Source of the DNA: Parasitella parasitica NRRL 2501 | Lineage: Eukaryota; Fungi; Mucoromycota | Reading direction: 5' to 3' | Length of the DNA: 64,000 nt | NCBI GenBank assembly: GCA_025201805.1 | Contig: MU619339.1 | Span: 18,653 to 82,652 of the forward strand | Part shown: piece by piece, positions 40,395-51,308 of the stretch | Layout: the number at the start of each line of letters is the position of its first letter | How positions within the stretch are numbered: position 1 is the stretch's first letter | Translations under genes and position numbers: made by a program | Notes under the pieces: generated by a model | Database searches by the model: none | What the model was told of the DNA's origin: nothing | Seen by the model: the letters and a program-made list of their open reading frames with translations, nothing else

Positions 40395-41170
40395 ACATCC
40401 TGAAGATCTGCCTCCTGCTTTATCTTTTCTTCGTACTTGGATTTTCGCTTCTTTTCATCAGAAAAAAGCTTTCGTCTTCCATGTCTTGTGTCATTGAGAT
40501 ATCGCAATTTGTCATTCACTGTTTGCCTTTATGCTTTTTTCGAAGCTTGCCTAATTTGATTTCAGTCTTCTTCAACTTGATAGAATGGTCTTAATCGGGA
40601 GATAAATGGATCAACAATGTTTTCGGACCACATAATACGAAGATTCGTGTAATACTGTTGGCGAACCATCTTCATAACGTGTGAGGACTATTTTTTATGT
40701 GCGTTGGCTTCATCACTGTCTTCATCTTCGCTATCTTCACTGTCTTCATCATCATTGCTATCATCATTTTTCTCTTGTAAATCCAAAAGAGACTCGAAGT
40801 TCTTTTCCACAAACCCTGTCCAGCATTCATAATTCTTCTTTGGATTCCAGCCTTTTTATTCAGTGTATATACAGTGTTTAACACTATTGTGATTTTTCCT
40901 GGAATCCTGATTTTTGCTTCTGCTTCTTGCACTACACCTTTGGCTATTCTAGTACTATTCAATAAAGAGATTTACAGCTCATCATAGTCTCCGTTTTTCT
41001 TTCTGCAATGTACAATTGAGCGCAGAAGACAGATTCGAAATTATCACTGCAGGGCATTCCAGTAATCTGTTTTCTCTTCGGATGTCTGGACTTTGCTTCG
41101 AAGCCCACTGAATGGCTTTAGAAACGAAGTTGAAGGGTTGATGATGATTGAGCCTGCAACATGACATTCT
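40395..41170 (-). pseudogene. Heavily decayed coding relic, likely TE-derived
   Basis: Protein-like pieces in shifting frames (NFESLLDLQEKNDDSNDDEDSED.., VRQQYYTNLRIMWSEN, TRHGRRKLFSDEKKRKSKYEEK) are broken by many stops. Confidence 0.4.
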
Positions 41171-42131
41171 AACTGTCTTTTTTTAAACTTCATGTTTGGT
41201 GGCAGGCGTACAATAAAGTTAAGAAAGAAAAAAAAAAGAAGAGACTTTAAAATCTTGTCTTCTTTGCTAGTTTTGGATGGGATGTAGTGTTTGGAACCAG
41301 TTTTTACCTGTGTTGATCCAAATTCTCAATTTGTCAATCTATTGTATCCTTTGCCTGCCAAAGCAAACTTGTAGCAGCAATTTCAGAAATTGCTGGTTTG
41401 TTATCAATGTTTAGGTTATGCCTTGTTGCTGTCTTGTTGCTGTCTTAGTCGTTGATTTTGCTGCTGCAACTGAAAAGATATTGCATTTAACAGGGAATTG
41501 CGGGGAGATGTATGCCCAACTTCTTTGTTATGATTGTTGTTGCTTGTATGCATCATGAAAGTAAATTGGCTGTTCAAGTGCTAATTAGTTCGCAAGACAG
41601 ACTGATCTGACATTTGTTCTTCTTGATCATCAATAGCAGTAAGGCGTCTTTTGCGACGATAAAAGCGGATTACATAGATGGCATATTATTAACAAAATCA
41701 AATGCGAAAAATAGAGGTTTGATATGTATTTTTTCAATAGAATAAAACGAAGGTTTAGAGATGATTTCTAACTTCAGGGCTCTGATAATAAACGATATTT
41801 CCGGATTGAATCGAATTGTACTCAAGACAAGGTAAGGGCAAGTCAGACTTAATTTTATTGTCTCAAATGCAAAAAAAAAAAAAAAAAATATTCAATATCA
41901 TCACTCACTTATCTAAGGGTTTTTGATTTTTTTCAAATTTTGTTTTAACGATGCACGATACTGTGCTTCCACAACTTTTTGAAGTTGGATTTCCTAGTAA
42001 TAAAAACTTATTTGACCCAAACTAATGGTTAAAAAGATGTCACAGATATTCTTTATTTAAGCACATTAATACAAGGACTTATTCTTTACTGATAAGATTG
42101 AATTTTTTTTGAGATGATTTGAAGATAGAGA

Positions 42132-44359
42132 TTAATTTTTTTTTTCTCGCTTCTTTTTAGGGGTGAAGAAAGTCATTGGCGCACGGCGTACTGAACGCTC
42201 ATTATATGAACCAGTCATCATTTTCAATTGGTCTTCAATTACTTTTCTTTCTAAAGCTGGTGTCACTACGTCCAACAAATCCAAATTGTGTTGCTTAAAC
42301 ATATACAGCAAATTTAAAGTATTTTTAAACATCTCCAATACGTTCATAGTTTGAGGGAGAACAAGATCACCGACGATATTTACACAATGTACATCGGATA
42401 CTTGTGTAAGAGAAAACATCACACCGATGAAACCTATGTTTCAATTTAGTTTATGGCAGAAATAAAATCATCCATAAAAAAATGCAACTTACCGACCCAG
42501 TCCATTCCCAAAAGGAACAAGTTATCATGACCAACAAGTTTAGAAAGCTTGTGCAACATTGCACTGTTTGTACGGATATTTTTGATTCGCTGCTGTTCAA
42601 TAATCTTTGCTGTTGTGGATGGCTTCTTCCACTCTGAGCTACACATTTCTACCTCGGACCCTTTGATGATTAAATCAATCTTTCTTCCAATCAGATCCTT
42701 CTTCTCGTCATCATCATCAACCGCTCTCATATTGACATTTCGAGCGTCCTTTGTTGCTTCAGAGCTGTGCTCGCCGCTATACACAAAGTAAAAAGTTTTA
42801 ATATCATAATGATAAAATAATGGGCTGCTTGAGGTAAACTTACTCAATCAAATTCAAGGGGGTGCTTCTAAACAGGATGTCTAGAACGTAAGCTGTTTTT
42901 CGGTAACATGTTAACTCGCTTTCTTTAGTTGATTTGGCTTCGAAGTTCATGATCAGGTAATCTAACACATCCAACGTCTTTACTAGTTCTTTGTCATGGT
43001 CCTTTATCACCAGCAGATCAGCTTTCATTCTGGAAACCCCAGCTCTCACCAGGTCAGCGTCATTGTTCGGATACTACATGTAAAAATATTATCCGATCAG
43101 CAAATCGCATTACAGAGTGTTTACAATTCTGGTATTTACCGCAACCAAATCATTGATGATCCCTCGTATTTTCTCGGTCAAGCCATCTGGTAATTTTGGA
43201 ACCATCGCCTTGGCTTCTTCATACAATGCTTTAATATCAGCACCTTGTCGGTTGAAGAACTCGTCAAATACTACTAATGTACTACCATCAAAGTATATGA
43301 TATGGCTCAGAGACAACCTAAATTAAAAGAATGTTACTGAAGTGTAGTCTTCATGTAAAAATTGGGAAATTTACTTCAGAGCGTTTGTTTCAGCTGAATT
43401 TTTTTTTTTTGATAGGAGTTCATACGACAAAACATCCAAAGCTTCTGCCAGTGTTTTCGGCTGGTGGTTTACGATCTTAAGGTTTAAATTTCTTATCGTT
43501 TCCATATATACAGCACCGTGTTTGAACTGTAAAAATAAATATTTATGTAAGAGCTTGTACAAAATACAGAATGATCATTTTTCACTTACATAATCATATC
43601 CAGCTTTGAAAATTAATGACCGAAAATCCTACATAAACGTTTCAGTTTAGTATGAATGAAGTAATCATAAGAGACAGAAAAAAATTAACTACATTTACGG
43701 CAGCTATAACCTTTTCCTCTTCATCCTCTTCATCCTCTTCATCCTCTTCATCCTCTTCATCCTCTTCATCCTCTTCGTCCTCTTCTGCAAATATGTCTGT
43801 CTTTTTTCCTGTAATTAATGAAATAAGATAAAGGTGTGAAGTTTTGAAAGAAAAGAAAAAACTGGGCATTTACCTTTATTCTTTGTAATTGGTTGTTGTT
43901 GTTGTTGTTGTATTGATGATATTGCTTGCTGTTTCTGTTGCTGCTGTTGTTGCTGTATTGTTGATTGTGTAGGTGCCTATGGTTGTTGTTTTCAATCAAT
44001 TTAGTGCGCAGCTTAGGCGTATTTCTGTTTTTATTTTTTACCTGGTTCACGGTTTGACGCGTGGATATGTAGTTTGTTTGTGAAAGAGCTTGGAGGAGCA
44101 TTTTTGGCTCAGGAGTATGCGGCTGAGAAGCACTTTGGGTCGATTTCTCATATTTTTTAAGAAGATTGCTCCAATTTTCAATCCACTTTTTACTTGTGGG
44201 AATGTCGTCGAAATTGGTTTTTAAGAGGTTGTTCAAATAAGAGAAGGCACTGTTATTATTGTAATCTCGCTCTTCCTTGATAAGATCGATGCACACTTGA
44301 AAATCCCACGTCGCGAAATTAGTGTTTGTTAAATAATTAAGGATAGTTTGAGGACTCAT
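42132..44359 (-). CDS. Intact 9-exon protein with a C-terminal PD-(D/E)xK restriction-endonuclease-like domain (Crinkler-REase/selfish-element type)
   Basis: All 8 GT..AG introns splice in frame (e.g. 44041-43977, 43873-43809). The C-terminus reads DGEHSSEATK..GRKIDLII..EMCSSEWKK..QQRIKNIRTN..GMDWVG, i.e. an E..D..ExK catalytic pattern. Poly-Q and (EED)n linkers lie upstream. Confidence 0.7.
43717..43786 (-). repeat. 9-bp coding minisatellite (GAAGAGGAT)n encoding (EED)n
   Basis: tcttcatcc repeated about 7 times. Confidence 0.9.
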
Positions 44360-44529
44360 TTTGAAAGCGATTTGCCAAGAGATGAGTTGACCAAGTTTGT
44401 TTTAAAAAAAAAGGAATCATCTTTGGAGGAATACTGCGCGCACACCAGAACGGCACACCAAGGTTAATTTGATGACGTAAAAATCGATTTCATTAATAAT
44501 TAGAATTAACACCCTTGTTGATACTATCT

Positions 44530-45429
44530 TATGTTCTTCTGTTTCATTGTAGCAAAAGGCTTTTGCCGCGGACACGAAGGTTCCTTGGGTTCCGTTTCTT
44601 TTAAAGAGCTGAGGCCCCTTGGGTCTGTCCGACTGAGGCAGCTTCTTGATAACGTGGAATAATGACTCAAAGTCATCCGTTATCAACGGGCTTCCTGAAA
44701 TCCATTGATGGGAAGGAAAGGTACTTTGTTGAAATGGAAATATACAAATAAATACATACAAAGGTACGTACCCTACACTAAAAAAAAAGAATAGATGGCT
44801 AACACTCAAAAAAAGCGAATGATAAAAGGACATTCTCGAATAATTGCTTATCAACTTGTTTGAACAACTATATTATAACTATGTTCTTCTGTTTCATTGT
44901 AGCAAAAGGCTTTTGCCGCGGACACGAAGGTTCCTTGGGTTCCGTTTCTTTTAAAGAGCTGAGGCCCCTTGGGTCTGTCCGACTGAGGCAGCTTCTGGAT
45001 AACGTGGAATAATGACTCAAAGTCATCCGTTATCAACGGGCTTCCTGAAATCCATTGATGGGAAGGAAAGGTACTTTGTTGAAATGGAAATATACAAATA
45101 AATACATACAAAGGTACGTACCCTACACTAAAAAAAAAGAATAGATGGCTAACACTCAAAAAAAGCGAATGATAAAAGGACATTCTCGAATAATTGCTTA
45201 TCAACTTGTTTGAACAACTATATTATAACTATGTTCTTCTGTTTCATTGTAGCAAAAGGCTTTTGCCGCGGACACGAAGGTTCCTTGGGTTCCGTTTCTT
45301 TTTAAAGAGATGAGGCCCCTTGGGTCTGTCCGACTGAGGCAGCTTCTTGATAACGTGGAATAATGACTCAAAGTCATCCGTTATCAACGGGCTTCCTGAA
45401 ATCCATTGATGGGAAGGAAAGGTACTTTG
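44530..45429. repeat. 350-bp tandem array, ~2.6 near-identical copies (A-B-A-B-A; A ~198 bp, B ~152 bp)
   Basis: atgttcttctgtttcattgtagcaaaaggc starts at 44531, 44881 and 45231. The copies differ by only ~2 substitutions and one extra T. Confidence 0.97.
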
Positions 45430-45985
45430 AGATATGATCAGATTGGACATATTATTGTAGCTGCTCGCCAGTTGTTTGTTATTATTTCGAGTGTCCTTGC
45501 ATATTTACCTGGCAAGTATAAATGTAATAGAGTCGCTTATTTTTATTTTTTTGGTAAATTCGTTTTCTTTTTCTTTTAGTTAACTTCATCAGCAAGATAA
45601 AAGTGGTGCGGGTCATTAGTGTGTCAAGAACTTTCTAGCTACAAGTATCCATGAAGACAATGGTATCATGTAAATCAAGTCTTATAAATATAGTTGACCT
45701 CAAGATATTGAAAATATGCTTGGTAATATACTAACTTAAAAAAAAAAGAAGAAATATATTCATTAAAAACTAATGATGTTTGTTATCTTTAATAGTTTCT
45801 AATCTCTTCATTATGATCTTGTCGAGTAACCAACTTCTATAAATTGCTGCAGTACAATGAGAAGCCAAAATAACCCCCAATCGTATCAATTAAGAATAAA
45901 TCCTTAACAAAATAGGACATGTTATTTTCTAATCCAGAGTAAAAAGAATGTGTAAGAATATCGAAAATGCTGAAGAGGTTTTTCT

Positions 45986-46325
45986 TCACATCGTTGACCT
46001 TTTAATCATTAAGCGTTCAGTCATGGGAATAGTCGCTGGAGCCTTGTAGGTAAGACGGGCCATGGGAGGGTAAGTGTCCATAATCGTTACAAATTCCTTG
46101 TTTTGAAGATGTTGGGATGTATGCAAAGGGACATTCAGTTGCATCGATGTGTTAAGTTGTTCAGGGGGAGTCCAGTCATAAGAAGAAATCGTACCAAAAG
46201 AATGAAGAGGCATAATGTGAGGCAGTATCATCCGCTAACTGCATGTGAGCACCATTGATTTGTTCTTTGAGAAGAGCAGCCAGCTGTTGCTGCAGTCTGT
46301 GTAATTGTTCTTGTACGGCAGGCAT
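45986..46325 (-). mobile_element. Frameshifted gag-like relic, possibly DIRS-type retrotransposon ORF1
   Basis: Coiled-coil VQEQLHRLQQQLAALL, then a frameshift to YDWTPPEQL..IMDTYPPMARLTYKAPATIP. This resembles Mucorales DIRS ORF1 as I recall it. Intronless and truncated. Confidence 0.35.
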
Positions 46326-46929
46326 GAAAATGTGACAAATGCGTGAAGTATATGGAATTGTATGGGAGATTGTGAATCTAAAAGAAGCTGGTACTGACCT
46401 AGCTACAAATCGATTAATAGCATATGTAAAGTTTTTCATTGTCTTTATTATCTTTTGAATTCGCTATTAAGAAGATTCTAGTATAATAACATTTCATATT
46501 TTGTTCTGACGGTCTCAAGAAATTCTTACAAGGTTTCTTTCGACCTAGAATACGACAATGGCAAAACGAATTCGCACTAGTCAATTGTTTGACAAAAGCA
46601 AGTGTTAAGGTGAAATGAGCTTAATAAGTTACCATTTACAGTCTTTTTACGGTTTTAAAAAAAAAAAAAAAAAAAGGCCAAATAAATGATAAAGATCATG
46701 GTGATTGTAATAATAAATATTGGGGTTTCTGGTAGCAAACCATTTATTTCTTATAAAAGCTGAGGAAGTGAAAAATCTCCTTAAAAAGATTTTAAGTGGG
46801 GATTTCCATATTTATAGAAAAAAGAGTAATTACTTAGTTCTATCTAAAGTGAAAATAAAAAAGAGAATGTGTTGTAAAATAAGCTATCTTTAAGTTCAAA
46901 ATAGTCTTTAAAAAAGTTTACGGTTGCAT

Positions 46930-47211
46930 CTGGGGTTCTATGTGTAAGTATGTCTGTTGACTTGGGATCTAAAACCTTTAAATGGATTCAGCAACGGACA
47001 GCAAGGTTCATTTATTTGCTTGAAATTTCATAAATTCATATACAGACAACTTTGTATGAATGGGTGTATTATCCTGGTGGCAGGTTGTTTCCTTTTTCTG
47101 GCATTTTCTTATACCTTCAGTTGACCTGGCGCCTTTAGTGTAAAAGATCTTGTCAGACCAGTACCAAGCTGGATTCTGTATATCCAGTTGCGCAGTAAAA
47201 CAGCTAGTCAA
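46930..47211 (-). mobile_element. Degenerate Tc1/mariner-like transposase remnant
   Basis: HQDNTPIHTKLSVYEF is the QDNAPxH second-Asp motif. After a frameshift comes PLLNPFKGFRSQVNRH, a decayed PDLNPIE motif. Confidence 0.55.
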
Positions 47212-50183
47212 ACCTCTCCCATCTTTTCAATTATATTGGAATGGTTCAAAAGTGTGTGTCTTCGCAAAGCCAGCGTAGATTTTAGGTGCCTATTTTTTTT
47301 TTTGGTCTACGCTAACTTCAGTGTGTTATTGTCAGAAAAAGATAAAAACTGCAAGAAAACAATGTTTAGCAATATCGAACACAAAATCAGGCAATGCAAA
47401 GTAATGAATTAGACTATATGGCATCTTTTGATTATATAATTGCATAGCTTTGAGCAAGTTTTTGTACTTTTTAAGTTGACATCAGATGATGCAACGACTT
47501 TTTTGACTTTTTTTCGCAAAAGTATTTTTCAAAACCGGAACGTGAGATCTTCAGGCCAGAGACAGACATGAAAGTACTACCATTAAAAAGCCAAGAAGCA
47601 CATCATTTGATTAAACTAAATTAAAGTTGTTTTCCTCTTGAATTGGGTAAGCTGTGGCTCCTCAAAGCTAATGCTTTCTTCAAAAAACGCACACTATCTT
47701 TCTTTGATAGCGGAGATTAAACGGATCCAAAATCAGGAAGAAAAAGTTCTTTCAGAAACTCCATTTGGCAATTAGAAAACAAAATTACTTCTTACCTTTC
47801 TTCCCGCTATTCCTCACTTTGTGTAGGTCTAATGGTGATTTGAATTTTTCAAAACGACCTCGTCTATCGTAGAAATGGTCAACGACTCTCCTTTACCTCT
47901 GCTCTTATACCCTGACGCAAACCTTTGAATCCTGTATCATCCTAACCATGTAATATCTGATGTAATCTGCTGTGCGGTGTTGGCGTTATGACTTTTTTGT
48001 TTCCCTGTTTTTGGTGCCTGTCCTGAAGAAGTGGGAGTGGTGCCCCATAGGCCTTTGTGATATGGTCCAGGTGTGGTGACCTGGAACGACTGATCCCGCG
48101 AACCTCCTACGTCTTTCGAGACAATGGGAACTCTTGTGTCTTTCGAGACATTAAGAGATAGGTTTCTTATCAATCATAAATATATTCAATTGTTTCATTC
48201 CTTCTTCCCCAAACACATTTTACACCTGATATTCTCACCTACGCTCCCCCAACCTCCGATCTCTGTCGTTCTCTCTTCTGTCGTTCTCTCTTCTACGCTC
48301 CCCCTACCTCTGATCTCAGTCTTTCTCTCCTCTTCCTCCTTGGTACGTTTGAAGGACTTTAAAAAAAAAAAAAAAACCCTTATTTCCCTAAAAAAAAAAA
48401 AAAAAAAACAAAATTACTTCTTTGAGGCAAGATATCATCTTCTGATACTATGCATACCACAGCTGTCAGTCTATGATAATAGCTGTATATTTGGGCAGGC
48501 TACACGATGGTGTTATTTTCATAATCCCCGTATGCCTATGGAAAGAATTTTGCTGAAAAACCTCAAAAACAGATTAAGAGGGAAAAGTTGACATTTTGCT
48601 TAATTAGAGCGCATTTGCAATCTTTCAGATCAAGGAATGGTCTTTTACGATCCTTTTCTTCTAATATATAATATAGTAAAAAGTTGCATTTTTGAGGTCA
48701 AAATCGAGGATAATGCATAATCAATGATTTTGGATGTGTGGATACAAGGAAAAAATCGAAAAAATCCGTCATTTTGCATCGAAAAAAAAATCATGCTCAA
48801 ATTGCACCAAAATCATATATAATATAGTTTTTTCCCGATGGATGCTATCTTTCGTGTTTTCAGGGCATTTTTGATTATGAAAATCAATTAAAAAATGGCA
48901 TTAAAAGCTAAAGTTCTTGTTTTTTAGCTGTAAAAACTATCTATTTGAAGATAATACCACGTCAATGTCAATTCTAGTACATAACAAAGCTCTATAAATT
49001 AAGTATTTTTTATGCCACAAGTATACCCTGCTTCATGGTAATATGATAAAACAGGTGTGGCCCATCGAGTCGGAAGCAGAAGAAGATAATTAATGAATCC
49101 TGTGCTGCAATAACCCTCTGTTATTTGTGAATAATTCGCAAGTTGCTAATTGCTATTGACAGAGAAGCCCTACTTCCATTGTTGCTTATAATAATGCTAA
49201 ACATGTAAAATAGAAAGTAGGATAGAGGTTAGGATTGAGGTTTAGGGTAATTTTACTAACAAAAGTTCAACTTCGTAATAAGCTTCTGGTAGATTCCAGG
49301 TTCCAAGCACTGTACTGTGGAGTATCAAGTTCTGAATAGGGGATAACTCGCTATACGAAACACGTTTTTGTTAAAGTTAGTCCCAACTGTGCATACTTTC
49401 CTTGATATTGTATATGCAGACTTAACTCAACAGATGTAACATAAAATGAAAATGCGAAGTTATATACCGGTAAATAGAGAGTGCCATTTGTTTCAGAAAT
49501 AAACTGCCGTTGTGTAAATGCATAATTTGACGGATACGTACAACTAAATGCCTTATTAGTATATGCAGTTTGATAGTTTGATACAGTAGTTTGATAGTTT
49601 AATGGTTTTACTTTTTAGTTCATGTACTTATGCAGTCTGTAAATTTGTCTAAATATTTGAGCCTAATTTCTAACGAATATATCTGATATAATCTATCAAC
49701 ATTTAAACATTATGAGATTCAAAAATTTTGTATTGCGGCCCGTTGATGATTGTTCAGTTTCTGAAGTACACGTCGATAGTGTTGATAAAGGATTTTTATT
49801 GTATTGAAAAATGGGATAATAAAAAACCCAAATAGTCATTCATTTAAAAATACCTAGTGCTCCTGCTGTTTTGTCAAAAATAAAATAATTACAGCTTCGC
49901 AATTTTGTATATCATCATAAATGTTCTTTTCTTGGGCATTTTTTAATCTATAATAGAACTCTAAAAAATGTCGTTGTATTGAATGCTTCTTCTCCCTACT
50001 TGAAATCTTCCTAGGGAGACATTTCTCTTCTCTCAGAAACTTCTCAGCTTTGATCAGAAATAAAAGGTTTATTGTCAGAAAGCCTAATAATATTATCACA
50101 AACACCATGACATTTATTATTTATTAAACCATAAAAAGACTGTATATGCAAATGTGTGACATTTTGGCCTGGTAAACGACTGC

Positions 50184-51160
50184 TTAGGCAGTTATTTGTT
50201 GCATGGCATCAAAAATGTGGCCACATTTTAAAGTGGTTGACTTGTGTGTTGCCTGAGCAATAATATCTAGAGCCAAAATACGGAGCCTAGAAAGCCATTT
50301 AGTAACAAGATGCATGAATCTGTGAGATTCATATATATACCATGATTTCTGATCAGCATCAAGATGAACCGGCTCTTTCTTTGTAGCCAACTTGATTTCA
50401 TCAAATCTTTGTTCAATTCTAACTTTATAGCTTACAAACGTAACACCCTGTCTATTTACGCATTGCTATATAATCATGGATGCAAACAATTGAGTTTTTC
50501 TTTTAAGACGGTTTTGTGGGATAATACGAATATTTACATAGAGTAGTGCTAGCTGATAAGCAATGAATTTCAGGTTTTCCAATCCATTCAAATCATGATA
50601 CAATCGAGAAGCAGTTACATACAGCTGATCCAAATGTTGAAGAGGAAGCCATTTATGGTTGCTGGATGATGGAGTTTCCTTCAAGTCGAACAAAAGCCGT
50701 GATGCGCGCGGATATAATTGTTTTATGGTTGTTTCAGCCAAAGTATACTTGCTGCTCTGGATATCCATTTGTAATCGCTGGACTGTTTGATGTAGACCCT
50801 GTAACAATACAAAAGCAGTTCTGAATACATCTTATATAATCTCCAAAAAAAAATTGAATGTTTTACGTTTACAAGTTTGCTTGACACATCTAATTTCGAC
50901 TTCCAAATATCCAGCCTGTGGATCTTTTCCAGTACAAGCTCCATTTGCGCAAGTTGTTTCAATAACGCAAGTTCTTGGGGTGCTATGTTTTGCTTGGTAT
51001 CTTTGCGACGAAATAGCACAGGCTCGTCCGGATATGTACTTACTGCATAGTTTCTCGGTTATTATGTTGTGTGAATATAATTATATTCACTATATTTACC
51101 TCGAGAAATCTGATTTTTGCGTATGGCTTTTAACGGTGGAGATTTGGATAACTTGCTCAT
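50184..51160 (-). CDS. Hypothetical alpha-helical protein (~250 aa, 5 exons)
   Basis: ATG at 51160. The GT..AG introns splice in frame: MSKLSKSPP..QELALLKQLAQMELVLEKI..GLHQTVQRLQ..AYQLALLYQCVNRQ..IEQRFDEIK..WLRILALDII. No family recognised. Confidence 0.65.
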
Positions 51161-51308
51161 AGTTGTAGAGAAAGAGAAAGACAAAAAAATGAAAATAAAA
51201 AAATAGAGGATCACTCAGTTGCTCTCATGATACACACAATACTAGGCACATTATGTACACACATGATTTTTTATTCTTTTGCAGCTTTACAAAATTTACT
51301 ATATATAC

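Noticed and set aside
43766-44041. Asn-rich C-terminus predicted by the ORF track
   Set aside because: Read-through of intron 44041-43977; the spliced frame is poly-Gln then acidic.
44530-45429. CRISPR-like array next to a nuclease
   Set aside because: The intervening B segments are identical rather than unique spacers, the units are far too long, there are no cas genes, and the context is eukaryotic.
44530-45429. TRIM/LTR mini-retrotransposon (LTR-internal-LTR)
   Set aside because: A is not bounded by TG..CA on either strand, and I see no primer-binding site or target-site duplication.
48570-48960. Possible MITE in AT-rich DNA
   Set aside because: I could not identify convincing terminal inverted repeats or a target-site duplication by eye.
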